This document shows, piece by piece, positions 1 through 12,117 of a stretch of 64,000 nucleotides of DNA (position 1 is the stretch's first letter; each line of letters starts with the position of its first letter). The DNA is from Nemertoderma westbladi (lineage: Eukaryota > Animalia > Xenacoelomorpha): the NCBI GenBank assembly GCA_032718475.1, contig JAUCBJ010003629.1, positions 1-64,000 of the forward strand, read 5' to 3'. A model generated the notes under the pieces. That model did no database searches. It saw only the letters and a program-made list of their open reading frames with translations, and was not told the DNA's origin. Both the position numbers and the translations under genes were made by a program.

Positions 1-37
1 GTAGATCGACTCATCATCTGCATATTACTAGCTGTAC

Positions 38-2956
38 TCACTGTAATTTCACTTCTCCATCTAGGAATGACATGAGATCAGCCATGGTAGGGTCTCGACG
101 TTGTTGTTCCATCATATATAACACTTTCTTATCCCAGCGTGTACCTACTCCACCCTTCGGTAAAGTAGAAGCCACTGCTCTAATAACCATAGCATTCTGA
201 TACTCATGAGACTTACCTAGCCAATCTAATTGTCTACAGATCTCCTGAATCTCATCGGAAAACTCTATAATTCCGCTGCTAATAAACTTTCGGGGCGCTA
301 CCAACTTTGCATACAAATACCCAGCTATGTTATTCCTATTACCATACCTGATGTTTAGTGTATCCCAAACTTGTCTTAATCCGTCTGGATGTCCAATAAA
401 CTTTAACGCCATTAACTTGGGAGATCCTTCCAAGCACTCGATGAGGAATCTAAGTTTCTCTCCATTAGATAGCACAGAGTTCTGTATGTTATCTTTGTAA
501 TATTCATTAAAAGGTAACCATTTCATCTCATCTCCATTGAACTTGACGATCTCTCCCACCTTTACCGCTTGCCGGGCTTCGGTTCTAGCCATTTGACGCG
601 TAAAACTTTCTTGGGCCATCGTGTTATTTAATATTGAGTTATCGGTATATAAATTTCTCGGATTATGATCCGGTCTATAGGGAATATCATTATCAACAGG
701 TCTATAATTACCCTTAATAGGGTTCACTATAGGAGTTTCTACTTCGCTAGCAGTATAGATGCGTGTAGGCTCCACACCTTGCGCATGAGATACTTCAGAC
801 CTAACAGGTTGACACATTGTTACAGGGGGTGGTGGTATACCCCTTTGTGTATTTACTAATTTATCGCGTTCTAGCGCGATACTTTGCTGCACTTCTTGCA
901 ACTCTAGCCTACTTTCCCTTACTGTGCCTTTGAATTGTTGAACAGTCTCCTGCATCTGTCCGAGCAGGAGATCCATCCCCCGTCGTCTCTCATCCACCCA
1001 TTCGACCGCCGAAGCGGGATTCGCCAACGTTGTAGCGGGCGGACGAGGGACAACGGGCGACAAATCATGAATATTTCGCTCGGAGTCCAGGGTATGAACT
1101 GTCTCATGGACTGTTCTGCTGGGCACAGGTAGCTTAGTGCTGTGCAAAGGGAATTGAGAAGTAGGTTCAGGGAGTACAGGTGTCTCTACGACCGAAAGGG
1201 TGGCTTCGGGAACAGGCCTAATTATTTCAGGCTCATCTACTATAGTAGGGAGTCTCTCTATTGTAATTATTTGGTCTGTGGGTTCTGTACTACCTAAGTT
1301 GGTGTTATTTAGTTGCCTTCTAACAGCTGGAGGCAAATCAGGCAATTTCTGACGGTGGAATGTTCTTTTACGTCTGCTTAGGCGAGATCGATTTCCTCCG
1401 CCTTCAGGATCGGTAGTATCGCCTTCCTCAGATGATGTATACCCCTGTCTTTTGGGAGTAGATCGACTCATCATCTGCATATTACTAGCTGTTAACTGTT
1501 TATTGAAGTTGTCTTGCCTCTCTTGAAGATTTTCCAACTCTAGTTGGGTTGCCTCTTCAGATGCCCTCCGTTCTGCTTCTGCCACTGCCTCTGCTGTTGC
1601 CAGTGCCGCTTTTCTTGCCGCTTCGGCCTCTGCCACTGCCGATGCCGCTTTCCTTTCCGCTTCGGCCTCTGCCACTGCCACTGCCGCTTTTCTTTCCGCT
1701 TCTGCCTCTGCCACTGCTGCTGCCACTGCCGCTTTTCTTTCCGCTTCTGCCTCTGCCACTGCTGCTGCCACTGCCGCTGTCTTTCTATCTTCTATACGTT
1801 TTTTCTTTACTTGTTCTTCTTGGTCTCTAGCGATGCGGAGTTGTTCATCGAATTTAGCTTGGTTCGCCGCTAACCTATCCACATCAATTGCATCCAACAC
1901 ACGCTGGGCTCCTTCACTATTGGGGCTAAGTCCCGCTAGCCTTCTCCTCAACTCTTCATCTCCCAAAAAACGCTGATAGTCTGACAGATAGATGTCAATG
2001 GCATCTCTCTTATGCGGTTTCTCTGCCGTCGCTTCACTTTCCACTTGGGAAAAAGTAGCGTCTGTTGATTCTCCATGGGTTGAGCGCTCCTCCAGCTGAG
2101 CTTTCCACTGAGCTGTTCCTTGAACCTGGCGACTCACCCGTTGAAACCAAGTCTTTACGGCAACTTGCAACGACGTGTCTTGTCTTCTTTTAGAAGCCTC
2201 TTCAAAGGCTGATAATATTAGCCTGATTCGCAGAATTCTTTCTCTAACTTGATAAAGCAGTTGTCCCTGCCCTTGAGGTCCTTGAGGTTGTTGTAACAGT
2301 TGTTTTTCTACTCGCTCCATAGAGCTGAAGAATCCCTGTGCGTATCCGGCTGCGGACCTCTTCCACACAGCTGGATCGATGGTTTCCTTGGCTACTCCCA
2401 TCCGGTGTATGTCTTCCCAGGCAGCTTCTGATAAATCAAACGGGAGTCCGGGTCCGGGGAAGTTCCATTGCGACTCGACCATAGACTTCAGTTCTTCCCT
2501 TGTGTATCCCTCATAACTATCTTTAGTTGAGCGCTTACTTCTCGCCCAATCGATCTGGTGTTCTTCCACCGCGATCAATAACCTAGTGAGTACGGCTGCA
2601 GGAAGGATGAGAAGGGGATCCGAATAAACCGCATCCGTCATCCTTGCTCCGCGCTCGGGTGTCAGCTCTACAGTATCCTCACTACTGGAGCTGTCGGGCC
2701 GCTGAGAAATAAGTTCTTGGCTCGCGGGTGGTTGCTGTTCCGCTGCTTCTTGGTCCCGCTTGACCTGGGCTCGAGTGCCTATGATAGACCTACGGTGTTG
2801 GACCAGCCTAGGTTCTGTTATTACTACCGGAGGGATGACCTTCCTCACAGTGGGAGGTGAACTGAACTTAGGTGTAGACGGTTCTACACCCTTATCTGAG
2901 TCGCAGATAGTTACATCTAATAAACTGTCTGACAGGTTCTGTTTAGTATCAGACAT
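38..2956 (-). CDS. gag: BEL/Pao Gag, N-terminal to capsid-like (DUF1759-type) region, truncated by a rearrangement
   Basis: 972-aa ORF with an Ala/Glu coiled-coil repeat and the Pao Gag-like segment KFNGDEMKWLPF...EKLRFLIECLEG...WDTLNIRYGN. Highly similar to 28683-32549 up to VKLQ, where it stops at a junction. Confidence 0.85.
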   Translation of the reverse strand: MSDTKQNLSDSLLDVTICDSDKGVEPSTPKFSSPPTVRKVIPPVVITEPRLVQHRRSIIGTRAQVKRDQEAAEQQPPASQELISQRPDSSSSEDTVELTPERGARMTDAVYSDPLLILPAAVLTRLLIAVEEHQIDWARSKRSTKDSYEGYTREELKSMVESQWNFPGPGLPFDLSEAAWEDIHRMGVAKETIDPAVWKRSAAGYAQGFFSSMERVEKQLLQQPQGPQGQGQLLYQVRERILRIRLILSAFEEASKRRQDTSLQVAVKTWFQRVSRQVQGTAQWKAQLEERSTHGESTDATFSQVESEATAEKPHKRDAIDIYLSDYQRFLGDEELRRRLAGLSPNSEGAQRVLDAIDVDRLAANQAKFDEQLRIARDQEEQVKKKRIEDRKTAAVAAAVAEAEAERKAAVAAAVAEAEAERKAAVAVAEAEAERKAASAVAEAEAARKAALATAEAVAEAERRASEEATQLELENLQERQDNFNKQLTASNMQMMSRSTPKRQGYTSSEEGDTTDPEGGGNRSRLSRRKRTFHRQKLPDLPPAVRRQLNNTNLGSTEPTDQIITIERLPTIVDEPEIIRPVPEATLSVVETPVLPEPTSQFPLHSTKLPVPSRTVHETVHTLDSERNIHDLSPVVPRPPATTLANPASAVEWVDERRRGMDLLLGQMQETVQQFKGTVRESRLELQEVQQSIALERDKLVNTQRGIPPPPVTMCQPVRSEVSHAQGVEPTRIYTASEVETPIVNPIKGNYRPVDNDIPYRPDHNPRNLYTDNSILNNTMAQESFTRQMARTEARQAVKVGEIVKFNGDEMKWLPFNEYYKDNIQNSVLSNGEKLRFLIECLEGSPKLMALKFIGHPDGLRQVWDTLNIRYGNRNNIAGYLYAKLVAPRKFISSGIIEFSDEIQEICRQLDWLGKSHEYQNAMVIRAVASTLPKGGVGTRWDKKVLYMMEQQRRDPTMADLMSFLDGEVKLQ

Positions 2957-4279
2957 GTTTGTTTACACAGTTAAAAGCCTACTGCTATATTACAGTCTAA
3001 GCAAGTCTAGTAATTCAGCCTTAACTGCTAGCCTAGTAATTAATTACCGATACTGCTACTCAGTGTAGCGTGATATATATAATATTAAAATACCGGTATG
3101 CTTATGGTATATATAAGTATTATTACAGACTAGGTTTTTCACAGAAACCAGTATATAATTTTAGCACAAATATATATAAATATATAATAGGCCTATCGTG
3201 GATACCGGTATGCAGTTTACACTTATAGTATATATAAGTATAATTACAGACTAGAATTAATTACAGAATACCGGTATGATTTCAGCACAAGTATATAAAT
3301 ATATAATAGGCCTATCGTAAATACCGGTATATCAATTATTTTAAATAATTGAATTTCTGAATTTTAAGGGTTACTTGGTTACTTTAACTTACTTTATTAC
3401 CGTTATTTGAGCAGTAGTCCAACTGATATTGAGACCTAATTGTTGTATGGCAGGCCTACTATTTATAAATCGTTTGAGTTGATTTATAATATATATATAC
3501 CCGTTTAATGGGTTTTTGTCAATGTTTGAAATAAATGTTATTATTTCTGGGGGAGTCACTACACATAAGCTGTCGCTCTCAGTGGAGTGCTACTTGTTAG
3601 ACACTAAAACAAATAATTCTAATTTACCTAAGTTACTTAATACTACAAATTACGTACAATTCGGGTTGAGATTACAATCTCTAAATAAACACAAAAATTT
3701 TAATTACAAATACACAAATACAAATTTTTAGGGTAATTTTACAAGAAGTCTACTAACCAGCCTAACAAAGGGCTAGAATATCTGGTTATTACAACGGACA
3801 GGTTACTACGGTATTTGAAAATAATAAGTAGTAGTAAATATACTGCGCTGTCTAGATAGGAAAATACCACCGCCTGACGACCTATAACCGTATCGCTATA
3901 GGTACTACGTTATGTATCACGGAGTGTCCCTACCTAGAAGTTAATTACCGCGGTCTACCAGAACCAACGTGCCTATTAACCACTTTACAACACAAATATA
4001 CTGCCTACACACTAATCACCTTCGGAAAGTATTGTACACTAAACCCTAAATTAGGTACAAGTACTTGTATAACAAATAATTAGTAGTTAAAAATACTTGA
4101 ACAGCTAAAAGAACCACGGCATCTGCTGGAGTGACCGGTGCACAAAATCACCAGTCTTTACCTACGCCAAGCAGCCCGTATAGTACCGGGGTTAGTTTAA
4201 CTATAACGGTATGTATAACAAACACAATTACTGTAGGAACAAACTTGGGGAATGAATGTTGCGAATAATCGCATAAACT

Positions 4280-4860
4280 CTGAATAATAAATATTACGCT
4301 ACGCGTACAAACTACTCAAACAAAATGCAGACCAAATACTGACAGACTACTATCAAGCCTAAACAAACTACGGTATATGCAGACTCCGAAATGGTTAAGT
4401 AGTATGCGTTCTAACCCAGTAGTACGACTTATTCTTTAGATGGGGGTTTACCTTACAGCGATGGCTGCCCCTACTTCCTAACCGTTCTTTATCGGACAGA
4501 TGCTTTGCACACACCGAAATTTCCTCAAACCCAACAACAGCCAGACAACTATCCAGCCTACAAATTATCTAAATAAAATTATACGCTACCCGTACAGACT
4601 ACACAAACAAAGTACAGACCGAACGCTGGCGGACTCCTATCAAGCCTAAATAAACCACAGGACATGCAGACTCCGAAATGGTTAAGTAGTATGCGTTCTA
4701 ACCCAGTAGTACGACTTATTCTTTAGATGGGGGTTTACCTTACAGCTATGGCTGCCCCTACTTCCTAACCGTTCTTTATCGGACATACACTCTACATGCA
4801 CTGCAATCCGTTCAGACCTAATCAACAGTTAGCCAACAGTCAAGCCTACAAATTATCTGT
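4280..4860. repeat. ~290-bp tandem duplication in the leader of element A
   Basis: The block gcagactccgaaatggttaagtagtatgcg...ccttacagc occurs at ~4379 and ~4667. B has a single copy at ~27180-27380. Confidence 0.8.
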
Positions 4861-5127
4861 ACAATCTGAGCAGGCTTACACGCCTTCTGCTCAATACTGG
4901 CCTACAAATAAATAAAACTGACAGAAATAAGTAAGCTCCAAAAGAAACAAGGGGTGTACAGTCCCTAATCTCTTAAACAGCCTACCGGTATACAATACCA
5001 CAATCGAATAATACTGCTGTACCTGTACTACTGTAGGTACCGGTCCGGATGATCAGGCAGTCAGGCCTACTGGTTACCGGTCGACCGGTACTTTCGACTA
5101 GATTGCTTACACCGCAATCCAGAAGCA

Positions 5128-5138
5128 ATATCTGTTAT
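5128..5138 (-). promoter_or_regulatory. Non-tRNA primer-binding site of A (ATAACAGATAT), complementary to LTR motif 5880-5890
   Basis: Directly abuts the LTR end ...GCGCAAACA and has no TGG start. It is the exact 11-nt reverse complement of the minus-strand LTR motif ATATCTGTTAT. Confidence 0.7.
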
Positions 5139-6334
5139 TGTTTGCGCTTTTGAAGACCTTTGACAGTTTAACCTGCCAAAATTAGAATGTCTTTTAGATG
5201 ATATATATTCTTTAGCTTTATGACGAGTATTTGATACACTACATTAGCCGAAGCCAGTCTATGCGCAATCATTCACCCGTTGGATATACCCGGGAGACTG
5301 AGTTCGGAGCTTAATGATTGATGGTGTAAGCCTACTGTATTATTCGACTGATCGTAATATATAATCTCTGACAAATATTATTCACTTTCGGGAAATATTA
5401 ACAGTTCCTTTAGGACGTGGCGCTCTAAATATGTAAACAGAGTTATGACTTAAACTAGTCACAACGAAAAGGCTATAGATTAACGTATATGGCGCATTCT
5501 TTAGGAGATGCTTTGTTATCAGTTACAATCATACACAATGCTGCACAATACTGCACACTAATCTGCCGACCTTCACTAAATTTAGTCACGTATAAAGAGA
5601 GCAACAGACAATTTATGTTGGGCATATGAAATAGCATTAGATTCACTTCAAACCACTCAACATAGGTCGCAATCGTTTATCTGTAACCGGTCTCTCTAAC
5701 CTTTAGTATATCAAGAAGGTGGGGTGTCTGACTATTGATCAGTATTCCGATATAATAATTCATCAACAAATATAACGAATAACCAACAGCAAAGCAGTAA
5801 TGCAAGATATGAATTGCATAGATATGTATGATAAGTAAGTAGGGTTTGATTTTGTATGATTAGTTAAGTAAGTAGCTCGATAACAGATATACGTTCTATA
5901 ATTAAGCCTACTAATGTAAAGCTAAAGAATGCTGATATACGGAGGTGCCAAAAGCCGGTGTTCTTAGGCTCTGGGCAAAAACATAACACTGAACTACTGA
6001 GTTCTGTATACACCTCCAACACAGAGACAAAAACGCTCTGATTGGTCAACCGAACAACTAGAGAACAAAGAAACAAAGAAACGTCGACGTGGCAATGTCA
6101 GCTGTTAACCGTCGTCATGGTAGCGACACTGTTTTCAAGAGTATCCAGCTTATCGCGTCACGAGATTGCGGATTATGTCCTCTAAAGTACAAATACAGTA
6201 CAAATACAGAAGAAATGACTTTTATGTCCTCTAAAACACCAGTACAGCAAGGACACGGCCCTTTTATGCCTGGCAAACCAACTACAGAGTACTTTAAGGG
6301 AAAATAACCGGTTAATGACGCAAAAGCTTTTACA
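5139..6334 (-). repeat. 5' LTR of element A (~1196 bp, TG...CA)
   Basis: Termini match the LTR termini of B (TGTAAAAGCTTTT ... AAAAGCGC[A/G]AACA) and internal blocks are homologous. Confidence 0.85.
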
Positions 6335-6700
6335 TACCCATTGAGGTAGCAATGGAAGGTATTAGCGAATGTTGGGCCCAAGGGACTACCCATTGAGGTA
6401 GCAATGGAAAGTATTAGCGAATGTTGGGCCCAAGGGACTACCCATTGAGGTAGCAATGGAAAGTATTAGCGAATGTTGGGCCCAAGGGACTACCCATTGA
6501 GGTAGCAATGGAAAGTATTAGCGAATGTTGGGCCCAAGGGACTACCCATTGAGGTAGCAATGGAAAGTATTAGCGAATGTTGGGCCCAAGGGACTACCCA
6601 TTGAGACACCGTGAATGTTGGGCCCAAGGGACTACCCATTGAGACACCGTGAATGTTGGGCCCAAGGGACTACCCATTGGGACACCATCAATTTGCATAA
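6335..6700 (-). repeat. 52-bp (x5) and 38-bp (x2) tandem repeat derived from a Penelope-like RT motif
   Basis: Unit tacccattgaggtagcaatggaaagtattagcgaatgttgggcccaagggac. The minus strand reads MQIDGVPMGSPLGPTF and SMGSPLGPTFANTFHCY. Confidence 0.85.
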
Positions 6701-6739
6701 GATCCTCTAAAGATTCTAGATTTCTCTGCAAAAAACATA

Positions 6740-9700
6740 GAATTTACATTTAACACCAGGAAATTTATGCTAATTGATGCTCAATGGGTGATCCCTTGGG
6801 CCCAGTGCTGTCTCAATGGGTGGTCCCTTGGCCCAGTGCTGTCTCAATGGGTGATCCCTTGGGCCCAGTGCTGTCTCAATGGGTGGTCCCTTGGGCCCAG
6901 TGCTGTCTCAATGGGTGGTCCCTTGGGCCCAGTGCTGTCTCAATGGGTGGTCCCTTGGGCCCAGTGCTGTCTCAATGGGTGGTCCCTTGGGCCCAGTGCT
7001 GTCTCAATGGGTGGTCCCTTGGGCCCAGTGCTGTCTCAATGGGTGGTCCCTTGGGCCCAGTGCTGTCTCAATGGGTGGTCCCTTGGGCCCAGTGCTGTCT
7101 CAATGGGTGGTCCCTTGGGCCCAGTGCTGTCTCAATGGGTGGTCCCTTGGGCCCAGTGCTGTCTCAATGGGTGGTCCCTTGGGCCCAGTGCTGTCTCAAT
7201 GGGTGGTCCCTTGGGCCCAGTGCTGTCTCAATGGGTGGTCCCTTGGGCCCAGTGCTGTCTCAATGGGTGGTCCCTTGGGCCCAGTGCTGTCTCAATGGGT
7301 GGTCCCTTGGGCCCAGTGCTGTCTCAATGGGTGGTCCCTTGGGCCCAGTGCTGTCTCAATGGGTGGTCCCTTGGGCCCAGTGCTGTCTCAATGGGTGGTC
7401 CCTTGGGCCCAGTGCTGTCTCAATGGGTGGTCCCTTGGGCCCAGTGCTGTCTCAATGGGTGGTCCCTTGGGCCCAGTGCTGTCTCAATGGGTGGTCCCTT
7501 GGGCCCAGTGCTGTCTCAATGGGTGGTCCCTTGGGCCCAGTGCTGTCTCAATGGGTGGTCCCTTGGGCCCAGTGCTGTCTCAATGGGTGGTCCCTTGGGC
7601 CCAGTGCTGTCTCAATGGGTGGTCCCTTGGGCCCAGTGCTGTCTCAATGGGTGGTCCCTTGGGCCCAGTGCTGTCTCAATGGGTGGTCCCTTGGGCCCAG
7701 TGCTGTCTCAATGGGTGGTCCCTTGGGCCCAGTGCTGTCTCAATGGGTGGTCCCTTGGGCCCAGTGCTGTCTCAATGGGTGGTCCCTTGGGCCCAGTGCT
7801 GTCTCAATGGGTGGTCCCTTGGGCCCAGTGCTGTCTCAATGGGTGGTCCCTTGGGCCCAGTGCTGTCTCAATGGGTGGTCCCTTGGGCCCAGTGCTGTCT
7901 CAATGGGTGGTCCCTTGGGCCCAGTGCTGTCTCAATGGGTGGTCCCTTGGGCCCAGTGCTGTCTCAATGGGTGGTCCCTTGGGCCCAGTGCTGTCTCAAT
8001 GGGTGGTCCCTTGGGCCCAGTGCTGTCTCAATGGGTGGTCCCTTGGGCCCAGTGCTGTCTCAATGGGTGGTCCCTTGGGCCCAGTGCTGTCTCAATGGGT
8101 GGTCCCTTGGGCCCAGTGCTGTCTCAATGGGTGGTCCCTTGGGCCCAGTGCTGTCTCAATGGGTGGTCCCTTGGGCCCAGTGCTGTCTCAATGGGTGGTC
8201 CCTTGGGCCCAGTGCTGTCTCAATGGGTGGTCCCTTGGGCCCAGTGCTGTCTCAATGGGTGGTCCCTTGGGCCCAGTGCTGTCTCAATGGGTGGTCCCTT
8301 GGGCCCAGTGCTGTCTCAATGGGTGGTCCCTTGGGCCCAGTGCTGTCTCAATGGGTGGTCCCTTGGGCCCAGTGCTGTCTCAATGGGTGGTCCCTTGGGC
8401 CCAGTGCTGTCTCAATGGGTGGTCCCTTGGGCCCAGTGCTGTCTCAATGGGTGGTCCCTTGGGCCCAGTGCTGTCTCAATGGGTGGTCCCTTGGGCCCAG
8501 TGCTGTCTCAATGGGTGGTCCCTTGGGCCCAGTGCTGTCTCAATGGGTGGTCCCTTGGGCCCAGTGCTGTCTCAATGGGTGGTCCCTTGGGCCCAGTGCT
8601 GTCTCAATGGGTGGTCCCTTGGGCCCAGTGCTGTCTCAATGGGTGGTCCCTTGGGCCCAGTGCTGTCTCAATGGGTGGTCCCTTGGGCCCAGTGCTGTCT
8701 CAATGGGTGGTCCCTTGGGCCCAGTGCTGTCTCAATGGGTGGTCCCTTGGGCCCAGTGCTGTCTCAATGGGTGGTCCCTTGGGCCCAGTGCTGTCTCAAT
8801 GGGTGGTCCCTTGGGCCCAGTGCTGTCTCAATGGGTGGTCCCTTGGGCCCAGTGCTGTCTCAATGGGTGGTCCCTTGGGCCCAGTGCTGTCTCAATGGGT
8901 GGTCCCTTGGGCCCAGTGCTGTCTCAATGGGTGGTCCCTTGGGCCCAGTGCTGTCTCAATGGGTGGTCCCTTGGGCCCAGTGCTGTCTCAATGGGTGGTC
9001 CCTTGGGCCCAGTGCTGTCTCAATGGGTGGTCCCTTGGGCCCAGTGCTGTCTCAATGGGTGGTCCCTTGGGCCCAGTGCTGTCTCAATGGGTGGTCCCTT
9101 GGGCCCAGTGCTGTCTCAATGGGTGGTCCCTTGGGCCCAGTGCTGTCTCAATGGGTGGTCCCTTGGGCCCAGTGCTGTCTCAATGGGTGGTCCCTTGGGC
9201 CCAGTGCTGTCTCAATGGGTGGTCCCTTGGGCCCAGTGCTGTCTCAATGGGTGGTCCCTTGGGCCCAGTGCTGTCTCAATGGGTGGTCCCTTGGGCCCAG
9301 TGCTGTCTCAATGGGTGGTCCCTTGGGCCCAGTGCTGTCTCAATGGGTGGTCCCTTGGGCCCAGTGCTGTCTCAATGGGTGGTCCCTTGGGCCCAGTGCT
9401 GTCTCAATGGGTGGTCCCTTGGGCCCAGTGCTGTCTCAATGGGTGGTCCCTTGGGCCCAGTGCTGTCTCAATGGGTGGTCCCTTGGGCCCAGTGCTGTCT
9501 CAATGGGTGGTCCCTTGGGCCCAGTGCTGTCTCAATGGGTGGTCCCTTGGGCCCAGTGCTGTCTCAATGGGTGGTCCCTTGGGCCCAGTGCTGTCTCAAT
9601 GGGTGGTCCCTTGGGCCCAGTGCTGTCTCAATGGGTGGTCCCTTGGGCCCAGTGCTGTCTCAATGGGTGGTCCCTTGGGCCCAGTGCTGTCTCAATGGGT

Positions 9701-10610
9701 GGTCCCTTGGGCCCAGTGCTGTCTCAATGGGTGGTCCCTTGGGCCCAGTGCTGTCTCAATGGGTGGTCCCTTGGGCCCAGTGCTGTCTCAATGGGTGGTC
9801 CCTTGGGCCCAGTGCTGTCTCAATGGGTGGTCCCTTGGGCCCAGTGCTGTCTCAATGGGTGGTCCCTTGGGCCCAGTGCTGTCTCAATGGGTGGTCCCTT
9901 GGGCCCAGTGCTGTCTCAATGGGTGGTCCCTTGGGCCCAGTGCTGTCTCAATGGGTGGTCCCTTGGGCCCAGTGCTGTCTCAATGGGTGGTCCCTTGGGC
10001 CCAGTGCTGTCTCAATGGGTGGTCCCTTGGGCCCAGTGCTGTCTCAATGGGTGGTCCCTTGGGCCCAGTGCTGTCTCAATGGGTGGTCCCTTGGGCCCAG
10101 TGCTGTCTCAATGGGTGGTCCCTTGGGCCCAGTGCTGTCTCAATGGGTGGTCCCTTGGGCCCAGTGCTGTCTCAATGGGTGGTCCCTTGGGCTCAGTGCT
10201 GTCTCAATGGGTGGTCCCTTGGGCCCAGTGCTGTCTCAATGGGTGGTCCCTTGGGCCCAGTGCTGTCTCAATGGGTGGTCCCTTGGGCCCAGTGCTGTCT
10301 CAATGGGTGGTCCCTTGGGCCCAGTGCTGTCTCAATGGGTGGTCCCTTGGGCCCAGTGCTGTCTCAATGGGTGGTCCCTTGGGCCCAGTGCTGTCTCAAT
10401 GGGTGGTCCCTTGGGCTCAGTGCTGTCTCAATGGGTGGTCCCTTGGGCCCAGTGCTGTCTCAATGGGTGGTCCCTTGGGCCCAGTGCTGTCTCAATGGGT
10501 GGTCCCTTGGGCTCAGTGCTGTCTCAATGGGTGGTCCCTTGGGCCCAGTGCTGTCTCAATGGGTGGTCCCTTGTGCCAAGTATTCATTGATGCCTTTCTA
10601 TGCTACCATA
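6740..10610 (+). pseudogene. Penelope-like RT fragment split by amplification of its own motif
   Basis: The left flank reads FTFNTRKFMLID.., the repeat unit VSMGGPLGPVL, and the right flank VSMGGPLCQVFIDAFLCYH. Together they match the PLE pattern F.FN..FY.Q.DGV.MGSPLGP..AN.FLCYHE. Confidence 0.7.
6782..10572 (+). repeat. Highly homogeneous 32-bp satellite, ~118 copies
   Basis: Unit gtctcaatgggtggtcccttgggcccagtgct, with only rare variants near the ends. Confidence 0.97.
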
Positions 10611-11050
10611 AACCCGTATAACGCAAGAAACAAGATAATACTATCTATTGATCAATTTGCTTATTTTCAAAAATTTGGTGCTGGCTCAAGAATTTTCACC
10701 ACCGGCGAAAAATACAAGTTTGAAAACTCTTATGTAATTTTTACTTATTCCATTGAATTCAGAACCCTCACAAACCCGTAAAACGCAAGAAACAAGGTGA
10801 CCCAATCAATTGATATATTTGATAGTTTTCAATATTTGATGCTAGCACCAAATTTTGCACCCACTTCCGAAAAATACAAGTTTGAGAAGTCTAGTTAGAT
10901 AATTATTTATTCCAATGCATTCAGAACCGCCATAAACCTCTAAAACGCGAGAAATAACTTGTCACAAGCAATTGAACTATTGAATGTATTTTCAAAATTT
11001 CGTGCTGGCACCAAATATTGGCACACGGCGAAAAAAAACAAGTTTAAAAT
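10610..11050. repeat. Degenerate ~160-bp tandem repeat (about 3 copies)
   Basis: Recurrent aaacccgtaaaacgcaagaaac...tttggtgctggc...gaaaaatacaagtttga. Similar motifs appear inverted at ~41600-41970. Confidence 0.6.
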
Positions 11051-12085
11051 TTCAACATTAATTTATATGAATAACACCAAAAAACCGGTGTATATCAAAA
11101 ATAGAGATGTTACAAATCATATTTCATACAATGCAATTTTCAAAAAACGTCTCAAAAAAAGTCCCAAAAGTAGGGTTAAAAAGATGGTGCTATAACTCAA
11201 AAACTTCAAAATATTTTTGAAAACCGCTTTCACTATTAGGAAGACAATAGATTTTTAGGAAAAGATTTTCACAAATGCGTTTGTTTCAGAGTTATAACAA
11301 AAAAACTACAGGGGGGTATCATATATTTATATATTTATTTTTTTAAATAAAATTAGGATAAAATGAAACCATAAATTCTGAAATTAATATTAGTTATCCT
11401 AAGCTTGATCAATCGTGCGTCTTTAATTAAAGGAATACAGTTAATACAAAATATTCAGAGAGCGAGGTCAATAAGGACGTGTTACGCAGACAGACTGTCT
11501 AGCTTGGTACGCAATTGACTTAAGTAAATCTCCCAAGCAATTCACTTCCAATTCTGCAACTTCTTATTATTGTCATTAGGTATGCTTGGATAAAGCATGA
11601 AACTCAATAATTGATTTGGTTGTTGTCAGCACTGACATGACATGGGTGGGGGTTTGGTGGAGGGGGGATTGGGGGTTGGTGGAAGGGGCCGTAGTGCTCG
11701 ATGGAGGATGTGAGGCTTGACGGTTTGGTGGAAGGGGTGGGGTGGAAGGTGGCAGGGTTTTGGTGAGGCGGTTGGTGGAGGGTTGTTTTATTCATTTTAG
11801 TTTTTTATTTCGCGTGCCACTGTAACTGCTCATTTACCTTTCACACCTATGAAATGTAAATTAATATTGTTAATTCACCGAGTCAAGATATTAATTCACT
11901 GAACCTTGATTCGATATCAAACCCCCCCCCCCCCATTCTCGCACACAATGTCTGTCTATTACCTAGATTTAATCTCCGAATCAACCAATTCCATAATTCA
12001 ACCAGCATGACATCCATACAGTGCGTGATCTCAGGGTCTGTGTATAATGTTGTAACTAGTGTTTATTTCATAAGTCATTCTTCCA

Positions 12086-12117
<32 letters not shown>

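Larger units (their letters stand above)
1..6334 (-). mobile_element. BEL/Pao LTR retrotransposon A (5' part; continues off the left edge), same family as element B
   Basis: The minus strand starts TGTAAAAGCTTTT at 6334, the same start as the LTR of B. LTR, ~2.2 kb leader and gag are collinear with and similar to B. It is inserted into the 52-bp repeat; the flanking TACCC (6335-6339) is the expected TSD half. Confidence 0.9.

Noticed and set aside
6767-10781. Three ~1300-aa ORFs; CRISPR-like regular array
   Set aside because: Artefact of a stop-free 32-bp unit. There are no unique spacers and the context is eukaryotic.
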